Source: Octopus sinensis
Taxonomy: Eukaryota
Length of the DNA stretch: 64,000 nt
Direction: 5' to 3'
Assembly (NCBI RefSeq): GCF_006345805.1
Contig: NC_043004.1
Span: 22,320,001-22,384,000, forward strand
Part shown: one piece after another, positions 12,083 through 25,813 of the stretch
Numbering within the stretch: position 1 is the first letter of the stretch
How the letters are laid out: every line of letters starts with the position of its first letter
Position numbers and translations under genes: made by a program
The notes under the pieces: model-generated
The model's database searches: none
What the model was told of the DNA's origin: nothing
Seen by the model: the letters and a program-made list of their open reading frames with translations, nothing else

Positions 12083-12923
12083 ATACACACACATATGAAA
12101 TGACACACATATAAAATGACACACATATAAATATTTACAAGTGCTCGACCTCACGAATGCATAGATACATATTTTCCTCTCTCCCATCTGCCTATCTATC
12201 AATCTCTCAGAGACATACGAATAATTTCCATAGTCAATTTTCTAACGAATAATTTTGAAGAAAAAATAATCTAATTCTACACATATACATATGTATTTAC
12301 TACGACATAACTTTAGGAACGCATAATAATATATTATCTTGAAATAATTAAATAAACTTTAGATTTTAATACTTTATCTTTATTCACCACCAACATACAT
12401 AATAATCCTCACAAACATATTCTAGCAACAATATTTACATCTATAGAGAATTTTTACAACGTATAATTTTGCCAGCTTTTGAGTATACAATTTAGTGTAC
12501 ATCAATATGGACGCATACCAAACGCATTTAACACTTCGAAATTTTGTTCGAAAATATCAAGATGAATATTGAGCGGGTAATTTTCAATCTTCACACATTT
12601 CTCCATATTTTAGCATATTTAGGGGTCACCTAAGCTTTTCATATACATTTACAATTACATCATATATAAAATCTTATCTTTATTAATTTAATTAAATTTA
12701 GATTGGATCAATCAACTAGCACGAAATTAATTTCCATTTCATAGAGTATCTATGAAATGTGTATAACTTTAACAACAGTACACTCACCGAAACGCGCGTG
12801 AGTGTGTGTGTGGTGTATGTATGTATATATATATACACATATATATGTATGTGTATATGTATACACACACACACACCACACACACATATATATATATATA
12901 TAATATATATATATATATATAAT

Positions 12924-13165
12924 ATTTCTTTTCTTTTCTTTATTACCCACAAGGGGCTAAACACAGAGAGGAGAAACAAGGACAGACAAACGGATTAAGT
13001 CGATTATATCGACCCCAGTGCGTAACTAGTACTTAATTTATCGACCCCGAAAGGATGAAAGGCAAAGTCGACCTCGGCGGAATTTGAACTCAGAACGTAG
13101 CAGTAGACGAAATACCGCTAAGCATTTCGCCCGGCGTGCTAACGTTTCTGCCAGCTCGCCGCCTT
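12924..13165 (-). mobile_element. SINE family B, full length
   Basis: tRNA-like head with B box GAGTTCAAATTCC on the reverse strand; close match to 15516 and 21395. Confidence 0.9.
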
Positions 13166-13240
13166 ATATATATATAATATTAGGGAGTAAATCCAAACTT
13201 ACAGGGAAAAATTAGATTTAGGATTAAATCTAATTTTATA

Positions 13241-13275
<35 letters not shown>

Positions 13276-14654
13276 ATGGAAAAATGCGAGCAGAAAATGT
13301 CATATTCTTAAGATTATGAACCTGGAAAAGTACAGGACAAGTTATTACACTTGTAAAAGTATAGGACAATCTATTACTTCTAGTAAAGTAAAGATTAAGA
13401 AACTTCTTACTTAAGATATTGCAACAAAGAATGCCAGTTCTTTTAATTTATCACTCTTTACAATTTTCATCTTTTAAATTTCTTGAACAAAACTGTTCTG
13501 CTAATTTGTAAGTTTGTCTAATTAGTCACTTTTTTTCTGTATTTAATGTAGTAAATTAGCCAAATTCTGCTTATGTATAGTGTTATTTGTAAACGATAAT
13601 AAAATAAGTTTTAATATTCAAGTTTCAAATTTAGCTGCAATATTTTAAGTAAAATGTTTCTTATTCTTTACTAGAAGTAATACCTTGACCTATACTTTTA
13701 TAGGTGAAATAACGTGCATGTGCTTTTCTAAGTTTATAATCTTAAGAATATGTCTTTTCATATTCGCATTTTTCCATGTAATCCATAAGTTTTCCAGACA
13801 ATGCTTTTATAAAATAATTAATCATATGTCAATTAATTATTTAAGATTTTACCTATAAAATATTGAAAGATAATATTTCAATTTTTCCATGTAATTAATG
13901 ATGATAATTCAATTTTTTTAATGTTTAATTTAAATATATGTTGTGATTGAATTATTTGATATTACCCATCTATAACAAATTAATGGCAGGGATTTTTACC
14001 ATGTTGTTAATTGCACCATGGCTGACCAAAAGTTAAAAACAACAAGACCCCAAAACCATCAGTTACCAGGCTCACCTTAAGTAACCTAATTTTGCAATAT
14101 TAGGAGGTCACAGGAATTCATTCAAAGGAAAAAAATCCATTGATTCCGGAATTGGGCGGAACCCCACTATCTCATTTTTTCCGAACCAAATTAAGGGATT
14201 AGCAGCATATTAGGAGGTCAGGGTACTTGATTCCACACAAAAAATCAATTTTTTTTTCTTAGTGAGAATCGTGCGGGTGTTAATATAGAAATTGGCCATA
14301 ATGTTGATATTTAGCCTCAAATCAACCCTGATACTGCAATCGTATCTTTAAAGACATTCCAGCCTTCAGCAAACCGTCTTTTTTTAGGCATAATCTATGA
14401 CATTACATACAATGGGAGTGTGATTTAGGTAGGGGGATACTTTGGCTGCTATTTTTAGCGTGTCGAGCGACCAAATAGAGGCTCTTTCATTGTTTCGATT
14501 GCATGATGAGATTTTTTTCACACATATATGTAATGTGTATATATATCATCGGCAGAAGTTAGAGAGTTATTCAAAAGCTGAGAGTTTCGTGTACTGGCAC
14601 TTATCAAACACGAATTTGTCCATTTCACTCTGTAACTTCTGACGAAACAACTTC

Positions 14655-15080
14655 TAAATTACAAAATTTTGTCAAAAACATTAAGAGTAAACCCTATTCT
14701 ATGTGACACATTCTACCGCTATCGGAAGTTTCAACGGGTTTAGTTAAAAAAAAAAAAAATTAATTAAATAATCTGTACGTGTAATTGAATAGATCCGAAA
14801 TGGATGAAAGGGAAAGTCGGTGGAACTCAGAACGTAAAGACAGACGAAACACCGATTCTAAAATACAAAATTTTGTCAAAAACGATAAGAATAGACATGT
14901 TCTATATGACATGTTCTACCAGTATCGAAAGTTTGAAAGTGTTTAGTTAAAAAAAGCTTATTAAGTAATCTGTACGTCAAAGTCGACCTCGGCAAAATTT
15001 GAACTCGAAGCATAAAGACGGACGAAATACTGTTAAGCTTTTCGCTCGGCGCGCTAAAGTTCCTGCCAGATCGTCGCCTT
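14655..15080 (-). repeat. Roughly 200-bp tandem duplication, each unit followed by SINE B-like sequence
   Basis: TCTAAA.TACAAAATTTTGTCAAAAAC...TAATCTGTACGT at about 14655-14780 and 14857-14977. Confidence 0.7.
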
Positions 15081-15515
15081 AGTATGTAATAATTCATTTT
15101 AGAAATATGTTCATTATTCTTATAGCTTAAGCGTTACTTTTTACTGACATTAAATATCGTAACATTTTACCTCATAACTGTTTTTCTACTAATTTTTGTT
15201 CAATGCGACTAACGATTCTGAATTACTCATGCATTTTTCTATCACTGAAGCCTAATAAAAGTATGTTTTTAATTTAAAATTCTTAAAAATTTATGTTGAC
15301 TGAAGAAGAATATCTGGCTTACTGCCCACTTGAGGTCTGACGTACTTTGATGTAACTGTTTTTCTACTGAGCCACATCTCAAACTATTTATGTCAAAGTG
15401 TAGCTGAGAACGTATAAGTTTTAAAACTATTAACAGTTTGCAATTTAGTTGAGAGCTGAACTGGAAAAGGTTATGTGGCGTTCAATTAAATAAGAAATAG
15501 TAAATAATATATATG

Positions 15516-15736
15516 TTTCTTTATTGCCCACAAGGGGCTAAACATAGAGAGGACAAACAAAGGGATTAAGTCGATTACATCGACCCCAGTGCGAAACTGG
15601 TATTTTTATTTATCGACCCCGAAAGGATGAAAAGCAAAGTCGACCTCGGCGGAATTTGAACTCAGAACGTAACGACAGACGAAATACCGCTAAGCATTCC
15701 GCCCGGCGCGCTAACGTGTCTGCCAGCTCGCCGCCT
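15516..15736 (-). mobile_element. SINE family B, full length
   Basis: High similarity to 12924-13165. Confidence 0.9.
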
Positions 15737-15844
15737 AGTAAATAATATATAGTATATATATATCATTTGCTATTGTATATATATGTATATATAAATACAT
15801 GTATATATACGTACATATATATGTGTATATATATATGTACGTAC

Positions 15845-15875
<31 letters not shown>

Positions 15876-16630
15876 TGTATGTATGTATGTATGTATGTAT
15901 ATATGCTTTTGTGTCTGGGGAGAGTCATTCTCTGTCAGTGCCTTATGATTTAACACTGTCACCATTAAAATTTCCACTTGTTTCTTGTTTCATTTTTCTA
16001 AAATTTTCGTTGCGTCTTGCAACCTTTTCAATACTTTTGACTCTGTCCGATATTCACCATGTGTTCCTTATTGTTTGTTTGTGCGCATGTGTGTGGGTTG
16101 GTGTGTAAATGTGCCTACGCATGTATGCATGTATGTATGTATGTATGTATGTATGTATGTATGTATGTATGTATGTATGTGTGTATGTGTGTATGTATAT
16201 ATGCATGTGTATGTATACATGTATGTTTAGGTACATATGCATATGTGTATATTTGCACGTATGTATTATGTATATTCGTGTGTTTGCGTGTCAAAGTTTG
16301 TGTTTTATAGCATGTGTGCGTGTGTGTGTTTGTATATGTGTGTGTGTGTAACTCTGTCTCCTTGTATGTGCTTGTCTGAGTGTGTGTGTGTTTTTCAACT
16401 ATATACCGTGTTTGTATGTATGGATGTACATCTCCATATGTGTGGACGTGTGTCTCCATATGTGTCCTTGTGTGAAGTAATGTGTGTGTGTGTATATATG
16501 GTCATGTGTTTCAGTCTCCATTTGTGTATGCGTGCATATGTGTGCTTGTCTGTTCATATAACCTATGTACCGATCCGTCTGTATGTTGATCTGTTTACTT
16601 TCATACCCATATGCTTATATACATGTGCTT

Positions 16631-16661
<31 letters not shown>

Positions 16662-16712
16662 GACACACACACACAAACACACACACACATATATATATAT
16701 ATATGTATATAT
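15730..16712. repeat. Compound microsatellite region, (TATG)n/(TG)n/(CA)n
   Basis: Visible tracts. Confidence 0.85.
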
Positions 16713-16905
16713 GGTCAGTCGCCATGATAGATCGTTAGCCACTACACACATTTTTTTTCTCTCCTTGTTTTTTCTGTGTCCCTTTCTGTAGAAGAGCGTA
16801 GGCTCGAAACGTAAAAGATTTGTTCTATTCCTGAGCGTTATACTAATACATCTGTTTGTTTTGTACACCACCTGTCTTCGTCTTTTGTTTTTTTTTTCTT
16901 ATACT
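16713..16905 (+). mobile_element. Short Penelope-LTR-like element with hammerhead-like motif (16782-16817)
   Basis: CTTT-CTGTAGA-A-GAGC(GTAG)GCTC-GAAAC-GTA-AAAG; flanked by (TA)n. Confidence 0.65.
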
Positions 16906-16974
16906 CTCCTATATATATATATATATATATACACATACTCCCACACACACACACATAGATACATACAACTATCC

Positions 16975-17665
16975 TATTCTACCTGAATGCATCAAGCAGA
17001 GATATTGTATTAAATTTTGCCAAAAGCTTGGCAACACTCAAGCCCACACCATCAAAAAGATTCAGTAGGTTTTTGGTGGTGATGCCGCGGGTAAAACTGA
17101 GATTAAGATGGGGTACAACTGCTTCAAACATGACCGCACCTCAGGGAAGAGTGTGGCACGCTGGGACAGATCATCCACAACCCGAAACAAGAAGCTGATT
17201 GAGATGGTTCGACCAATAGTCATAAAGACTATCGTGTTACAATCCTTGATATTACTCACGAATTGGAACACGTACAGGAACAGTGCATTCTATTTCCACG
17301 GGGTCTTTGTGCATGCGGAGATTATCGTTGAAATTCATCCACAAGGTATTGGTGGGGCTGCTTGGAAATCACTCAGAGCACAATCCAGACTTCATGAAGA
17401 CCATCATCATTGGTGATGAGATATGAATTATGGCCTTTACACAAAGCGTTTGTTTATTTTACGTGAAAACAAAACCCGACGTGCGCGTGCTACACGCTTA
17501 TATTCTAGGTGAAGCAGCCAGGAACTGACGCAGCTTACCAGAAAGAACTTTTTCGAGCATGCGTAGAAAGGTCGGTGTCACCTCAACCGTAAAGAAATTT
17601 TCACACGTGGCATTAATTTTGACGTAAAAGAAATAAAGTCGGAAACTTCTTGAACGCACCTCATA
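16975..17665 (+). mobile_element. Internally deleted mariner element
   Basis: KQRYCIKFCQKLGNTQAHTIKKIQ is a mariner N-terminal HTH; right TIR-like ...AAACTTCTTGAACGCACCTCATA. Confidence 0.8.
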
Positions 17666-17739
17666 TCTTGTTATAAACATTTTAAAGGCATTTTATTGTA
17701 CCAAAAATTCACTTTCGTCACATATAAGTGCATGTGTGA

Positions 17740-18290
17740 GTGTGTGTGTGAGAGAGAGAGAGAGAAAGAGTGAGAAAGAGTGAATGAGAGAGAGAGTGTG
17801 TGTGTGATGGACGGGCATAGAGAGACAGACAGGCAGGCAGGTAGATATACAGACAGCAGACAGTCAGACAGACAGTCAGTCAGCCAGTCAGTCAGTCAGT
17901 CAGTCAGTCAGTCAGTCAGTCAGTCAGTCAGTCAGACAGACAGACAGACATGGTTCTTGAACTTAAAAACACTCCGTAATTGCGCTTGTTGCCTGGCTTA
18001 TTTTGGCTTATGAGAGGACTTCCATATTTCCTTGTTTTTCTCTACATTCATTTGTGTGTGTGCGTGCGTGCGAGTGCGCGTGTGTGTGTGTGAGTGTGTG
18101 TGTGTGTGTGTGCGTGTGTGAGTGTGTGCGTGCGTGCGCGTGTGTGAGTGTGTGTGTGTGTGTGTGTGCGTGTGTGTGAGTCTGTGCGTGCGTGCGCGTG
18201 TGTGTGAGTGTGTGTGTGCGTGTGTGTGAGTGTTGTGTGCGTGTGTGCGCGTGTGTGTGAGTGAGTGTGTGCGTTCGTGGGTGTCTTTGC
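17740..18290. repeat. (GA)n, (CAGT)n and compound (GT)n microsatellites
   Basis: Visible tracts. Confidence 0.9.
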
Positions 18291-18781
18291 GTGAATGTAC
18301 CGATAGAGAAGCGAGATGAAAAGAGAGCGAGATGAAGAGAAGTAGAGAGAATTATTGGCCCCAATATATATGATATTGAATTGTTTTTCGCTGTTTGGCG
18401 GAAGATAAATTTGAATAGCAGAAGTTTTGAACTGACAAGGCTTGGAACCGGATCAAATAATACAAGTTATCTATCGAATATTATAACGATTTCATCAACC
18501 TGCTGATTTTTAACTGGTGGCGTAACTTAAAAGAAATTCACCATGAACCGAAGAGACGGCTCAGCAGAAGCTTTCTTCAGAATGAAACCTAAGTACCGCA
18601 GAAAGGATGTGAAAGTGTAAATATACATATATTCATACATGTATACACACATACATACATACAAGCATACATACATACAAGGATGCATGCATACATACAT
18701 ACATAATACATACATACATACATACATACATACATACATACATACATACATACACATACATACATACATACATACATACAT

Positions 18782-18945
18782 AGGAGTGGCTGTGTGGTAA
18801 GTAGCTTGCTTGCGAATCACATGGTTCCGGGTTTAGTCCAATTGCGTGGCACCTTGGGCAAGTAAGTGTCTTCTACTATAGACTCGGGCCGACCAAAGCT
18901 TTCTGAGTAGATTTGGTAAACGGAAACTGAAAGAAGCCCGTCGTA

Positions 18946-19003
<58 letters not shown>

Positions 19004-19230
19004 TATGTATGTGTATATGTTTGTGTGTCTATGTTTGCCCCCCCAACATCGATTGATAACCGATGCTGGTGTGTTTACGTCCACGTAATTTAGCGGTTCC
19101 GCAAAAGAGACCGATAGAATAAGTACCAAGCTTACAAAGAATAAGTCCTGGGGTCGATTTGCTCGACTAAAGGCGGTGCTCAACCATGGCCATAGTCAAA
19201 AGGACTAAAACAAGTAAAAGAGTAAAAGAG
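18782..19230 (+). mobile_element. tRNA-derived SINE family A, full length with internal (TA)n
   Basis: GGAGTGGCTGTGTGGTAAGTAGCTTGC head, B-box-like GGTTCCGGGTT, tail AAACAAGTAAAAGAGTAAAAGAG. Confidence 0.9.
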
Positions 19231-19860
19231 TATACACACATACGTACGTACGTACCTACCTACCTACATACCTACCTACCTACCTACATACATACATACA
19301 TACATACATACATACATACATACATAGGCAAATCTAAAATAGAAACGGAAACAAAAAAAACAACAAAAGTCAAAATGATGTGCCTAGTGAATGTTATAGA
19401 TTAACGCCTAGAGAAAGTTTTAAGATGGAAAAAAAGAAAGGGTACGATGTGTTGAATTTGGCTCTTCGTCATAAAAATGAATACAGGGAAAAATGCAGAG
19501 AGGAGAAACAGAATAGTCCGAGAAAAGGACCTGCGTCGTTACATGGCTAAAAAAAATTTTTGTCAGTGGTCAAAAGGGCAATAAGGTATGAAACAAAGAT
19601 GTACGGTGGAGTTAAATATCAAAGAGTGAAGGCTATAAAAAGAAAGTGAGAATTAATAGAATGGACTGACTGGTCCACTGCCAGGCATTCGTCTGCATAG
19701 ATGCCGATATGATTTTAATCATCCAAGTATGCAAATTGCGCTTTCTTCGGTAGCAAAAATTTAAAATAAAATGTATTTCGATATATGTGATAGCTGAAAC
19801 AGATCTAACAGCTGTTAAATTTGAGGGCGAACTAGTATTTTATTTTTTTTCCGTTAATAA

Positions 19861-20571
<711 letters not shown>

Positions 20572-21228
20572 CCATAATTATATAACTAAGAAACAAAACT
20601 TAGTAGGAGGTAAATATGTAACATTCATTTACGTAATTGTAAGTTTTTTTTTTTCTTTTCCCTCTAAGAAATGTCTAGAGTAAGATTGGCTCCTTATTTA
20701 TAGCCTTTATTTCATAGATGTTAAAATTGTTGTTGTTAGTTGTGTTACTCTAGTTGTTGTTGTTGTTGTTGCTGTTGTTGTTGTTGTTGTTGGAGTTGAT
20801 AGTGGTGGTAGTCGTTGTCGTCGTGTATATGCGTGCGCGAGTGCTTGCGCGTGAAATTATTTGATCCAGGGGAAATCACTCTTCCTCATTCAGCTTATAT
20901 TATGTAACACTTATTGTACCTGCGTGTATGGAGATCGTACAATATATGGATATCGATCTATCCATTACCCCCCCCTCTCTCTCTCTCCCCCTCTCTTTTT
21001 CCTTCTCCCTCACTCTGTTGCTGTCTCTCTCTCTTTCTGTTTCTCTCTCCCTCCCGCTCTTTCTATCTATCTATCTATCTATTCATTTCTCTATTATCTT
21101 TTACTTGTTCCATTCATCAAACTAACTCCAATCTCTGGCACAGCCTTGAAGAATTGTTTCTCGAACGAATACATCAAACTGTGTATACATACACAGACAA
21201 ACTATAAATATGTATACATAGGTACAGT

Positions 21229-21287
21229 AGTGGCTGTGTGGTAATAAACTTGCTTCCCAACCATATGGTTGCGGGTTCACACCCACT
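21229..21287 (+). mobile_element. SINE family A head fragment
   Basis: GTGGCTGTGTGGTAATAAACTTGCTTCCCAACCATATGG. Confidence 0.7.
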
Positions 21288-21394
21288 ATATATATATATA
21301 GGGAATTTTGATTTAGTGTGCGAAATTGAATTTTTTTCCCCTTTTAGATAGGTATTATTACATTCCTTAACTATTAATTATATATATATATATA

Positions 21395-21591
21395 TTTATT
21401 GCCCGCAAGGGGCTAAACATAGAGGGGACAAACAAGGACAGACAAAGGGATTAAATCGATTACATCGACTCCAGTGCGAAACTGGTACTTTATTTATCGA
21501 CCCCGAAAGGATGAAAGGCAAAGTCGACCTCGGTGGAATTTGAACTCAGAACGTAACGACAGACGATACACCGCTAAGCATTTCGCCCGGC
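21395..21591 (-). mobile_element. SINE family B, missing the extreme 5' end
   Basis: Matches 15516-15736. Confidence 0.85.
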
Positions 21592-22086
21592 TCATATAAA
21601 AATATCAGAACTTGCGGACACAGTTGAAATAATAAACATTTATAACATAAACCGATTTTAACGTGATACATTTATTATCCCTTGGCGGCTTTTGTGCACC
21701 TAAAATTTGTGTAGCGTAAATTTAAGAGGTAGTAGGCGTTTAAGAAGTAAAACACAGACACTTTTGACTGGTTGTCTTGAGAGTTGTTAACATGACAATA
21801 AAACTAAGTGGATAGGAAAATATACTGATACGAACGAAAATATAAATCAAGAAGGACATACTGTACATACAAACACTCAGACAGACAGTCACACACGCAC
21901 ACACGTATACAGGAGAGGCGGTGTGGTAAGAAACTTGCTTCCCAACCACATGGTTCCGGGTTCACTCCAACTGCGTGACATCTTGGACAATTGTATTGTA
22001 CTACATTCTCGGTGTAGTGACAGAAGAGAGTGACAGAAAGCCTTGTAAGTGTATTTAGTAGACGGAAATTGAAAGAAGCCCATCGT

Positions 22087-22298
22087 GACCGCGTGTGTAC
22101 CGTTGGCGAGTTTTTTTTCCTCTGTCTTCCCTTCTCTGGATCTTTCCTTCTCCTATGTTTCCGACGAAGAGCTCCGCTCGAAACGTTAAACCCTCCTTCT
22201 TCCCTTCCTTCTTGAGCGTCCAATAATACTATATTTGTCCCACTGCCTCGCGTTGTTGTGTTTTCTCTTTGTGCTTTCATGTTTGGATTAACTTTATA
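22087..22298 (+). mobile_element. Short Penelope-LTR-like element with minimal hammerhead motif (22157-22191)
   Basis: GTTT-CCGACGA-A-GAGC(TCC)GCTC-GAAAC-GTT-AAAC; further copies at 33226 and 6124. Confidence 0.75.
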
Positions 22299-22304
22299 TA
22301 TACA

Positions 22305-22695
22305 CTAGCAGTATCGCCCGGCGTGGCTCGGGTTTGTAAGGGAAATAACTATATAAGCATTTTTAGAGATGTAAAGTATAATAGCTATCTCAATATGGCT
22401 AACCACAAAGGGGGGGGCGTGTTACTGTAGCTTTTTACGTTCTGAGATTTAATACATTTTTAGAGAGTTACTTCCCTTATATATGCCAAAAATGCATTAA
22501 AAATGGGAAACTTGATGGTAATTTTTTATTAAATCGTAGACTCATCGTAGACGCGCGCTAATACCCAGAAGGGCTCGATATGAATCACGACTATAAGATA
22601 CCCGGTTTTGGTTAAACTGCACCGCAAAATGTGGGAGTAGTTAGGAATCTAAATCGTAGGAGACAGACAGCACACAACCTTACTTTTATATATAA

Positions 22696-22698
<3 letters not shown>
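22305..22698 (-). mobile_element. Non-autonomous Helitron
   Basis: Reverse strand starts TC, ends CCCGAGCCACGCCGGG hairpin + 8 nt + CTAG, inserted between A and T. Confidence 0.85.
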
Positions 22699-22743
<45 letters not shown>

Positions 22744-22931
22744 CTGTGTGTCTGTATTTGTCCCCACACCATCGCTTGACAACCGATATTAGTGTGCTTA
22801 CGTCCCTGTAAAATAGCGATTCAGAAAATGAGTCCTAGAGTCGATTTGTTTGACTAAATGCGGTGCTTCAGCATGGCCGCAATCAAATGATGACTGAAAC
22901 AAGTAAAAGAAGAAGAGAACATATATATATA

Positions 22932-22980
<49 letters not shown>

Positions 22981-23104
22981 GGGGGGTATATACTATGTAT
23001 ATGTATATATATATATGTGTATATATATATATGTATATATATATATATGTAAATATGTATGTATATATGTATGTATATATGTATGTATGTATATATGTAT
23101 ACAC

Positions 23105-23149
<45 letters not shown>

Positions 23150-23158
<9 letters not shown>

Positions 23159-24450
23159 GCAGATTTGTATATTTTATGTATGTATTCTCATGCATATAGT
23201 TGCATATGTACACATGGTCATATATATTTAAATGATAAACTTCTGGAAAGTTTTACAGATTTGTACAGTCGCAGAGATGAATTGGATCGGTAGTCTTCGG
23301 ATTCGCTCTCTCCATTCTGGTTTTGAGAAACCTAATTTCTCAAGATTGGTATTTAGGCAGTGTGTGACATATCCCAGGGTTCCAAGAATTACAGTTATAA
23401 ACCTGAAGTTGGATAGAGTAACTCCAGATTTCTCAATAGTTCAGTATAGATGTTCTCTTTTTCACTGTTCTTCAGTTTTATGTTAACATCTGCTGGGCAG
23501 CTAATTTCCACAACTGTGCACAGTTTCTCTTCTCTATCCTAAATCGTCATATCTGGTCAATTGTTCTTACATTTTGTTGAGGTCTTCACTGGTACATTCC
23601 ACCAGTATTCGTTTTTATTATGAATGGCTATGCTTCTACCATATTGTGGGTTCTTATTTCTTTGTCCTCGGGATTATCCTTCTAACGGATTTCATTATAG
23701 AGGGTCCTAGCAGCAACGTCACGTCTCATCGGTACACATAACCGTGATGACATTTTCGAACAACTGCTTATGTTGTGGGTGATATCTTCAGCGTGAATTC
23801 CACAAACTGTGCATCGGTTGTTAGACTTTACGGCTTTACCTGCATCTCTATCCATTTTGTGCATGAGGTACTTCGTTGATATTTCCTGTTCCTGGATTGC
23901 AAACGCATTCCTTTCAAAGTGGGAGGTAGTAATCCGGTTATTGGTCCATGATAAACTGCTTTGATGATCGATGTTACTATCATCACGGCGCTTTCTTTTA
24001 ACATATCCATGCATAGTCTTTTGATCACATAGGCTCATCCTTTTATGTGATGATATGTTGCAGTAGAGTTGTGCGACTTCTTTAGGCATGTATTCTTGGT
24101 TATTAGACAAAGAGTGTTGCTCAAGGAACTGCCTTCCAAGTCTTAGATGTTATCAGCCTCATGTATGCAAACTTGGTCAAGGGATGCACTTTGACACTTG
24201 GTGGTTTAACGATGTTGCCTAAGGGATATGATGCGATATTCAAAAGCGTTTTGGGTCCATGTTAAACCTCTTCTTACTTGTTTCCGTTTTAGGTAGAGGC
24301 GATCTGCATCACTGTTTATGTGGAAATTATGTGTGCTTGTTAGTATTTTTCGGATTTTCTCATCAATGGCTCGGATCTCATTAAGCGTCCAAACAAGCAG
24401 CCCAAATTTTGGTATAAGTACTGGTACTGCAAACACATTGTGGGCCACTG
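23150..24450 (-). mobile_element. R4/Dong-like LINE 3' fragment (CCHC finger plus restriction-like endonuclease), disrupted
   Basis: AIQEQEISTKY...CTVCGIHAEDITHNISSC...RRDVAARTLY. Confidence 0.85.
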
Positions 24451-24810
24451 CAAATTTGTATGCTCTATGTATGTATTCTCATGCATATAGATGCAAATCT
24501 AGACATGCTCATATATATCTAGATGATACACTTCTGGAAAGGTTTACAGATTTTTACAGTTGCAGTGATGGATTGATCTGTAGTCTTCGAATTAGCTTTC
24601 TCCTTTCTGGTTTGGAAAAGCCTAATTTCTCACGATTGGTATTTAGGCAGTGTGTTACATATCCCAGGACCCCATTGATTACAGGTATAAAACTGAACTT
24701 CAGTAACTGCAGATATCTCAATAATTCAGTGTATGTATTCTTTTTTACACTGATCTTCAGCTTTATGTTAACATCTACTGTACACAGTTTCTCTTCTTTA
24801 TCCCAAATCA
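24451..24810 (-). mobile_element. Second R4/Dong-like 3' end, tandem to the first
   Basis: FIPVINGVLGYVTHCLNTNREKLGFSKPERRKLIRRLQI; same 3' UTR as 23150-23480. Confidence 0.8.
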
Positions 24811-25212
24811 TTATGTCGGGTCTGTCTGTATGTATGTATGTATATATGTATGTATGTATGTATACGAGGAATTTTCGCCAGTTGACTCAAACTAATAAGT
24901 ATGTGCTATGAATGCTCAATTGGTATGCTGCTAAAAAAACTTCGGCATACCAACTGAGTTTAACATGTGATGTTGAGACTGCCTTTCTGAAACGGCTAGG
25001 AATGGCTTCTCCCTGAGTAGGAAGGTATAGATTAAAACGAATGAAAAAACAAACCATTTAATATATAGGTGTGTGTGTGGGGGGGTACACACGCACATAT
25101 ACACACATACACACTCAATTATGAGGTGGTAACTTCTTGAGTATCTAATATCAAAATTCCACTGTCTGGACTAACTTTTGTTTAAGTACTAATGTTACTC
25201 TAAGGATTATAC

Positions 25213-25413
25213 GGCCGGTTTCCCGGTTTCTCATGAGTATATATTCCTCTCTGGACAGGACGCTGGTTCCGCCTCAGATTAACTCATGAAGTGGAGCAAC
25301 CTGAAATGAAATGGTTTGTTCACGAACACAGCACATCGATCTGTTCAGGTATCGAAACCGCATTCTTATGATAATGAGTCCAATATCATAACCACTAAAT
25401 TCTGCACCTCCAC
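25213..25413 (-). mobile_element. SINE family D, diverged
   Basis: Similar to 35422-35679. Confidence 0.65.
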
Positions 25414-25637
25414 TCCAGGCAGTAAAACGAACCAAATAAGCGTGTAACTGAAAGGAATTGCCACTTAAAATAGATTCAGGTATGTGTGTGTGAGAGAGAG
25501 AGAGGGGGGGATTGATCAAAGGGAGATCACTTGTTAAGCTTTATTTAGGAAACTAATTCCGTGTCACAATATTTTTTCTCTCATCCTTCCATCTCTGCTT
25601 TCCTCATGCAATTGTATCAGTTCTTCTTCCCTCTCAG

Positions 25638-25813
25638 TGACGTTGCACAAGAAACTGCCTTGTTGTTTCCCAATACGGAATTTCTTTGACTTTCTATCAT
25701 ACCATATTCGGGAGATGTTGCATTGGGGCTACAGAATGACAGTGTTCACGGAAACTAGAATCAGTTCAAGTGTGTGTAACAACTTGCCTGTCGAATCCAC
25801 CTGCCTCGAAAAG
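25638..25813 (+). CDS. Candidate isolated internal exon, product unknown
   Basis: TTCTTCTTCCCTCTCAG acceptor, AAG/GTATGG donor, one open frame (TLHKKLPCCFPIRNFFDF...STCLEK), locally higher GC. Confidence 0.2.

Larger units (their letters stand above)
21910..22915 (+). mobile_element. SINE family A split by two nested insertions
   Basis: Head 21910-22086, tail 22741-22915. Confidence 0.75.
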
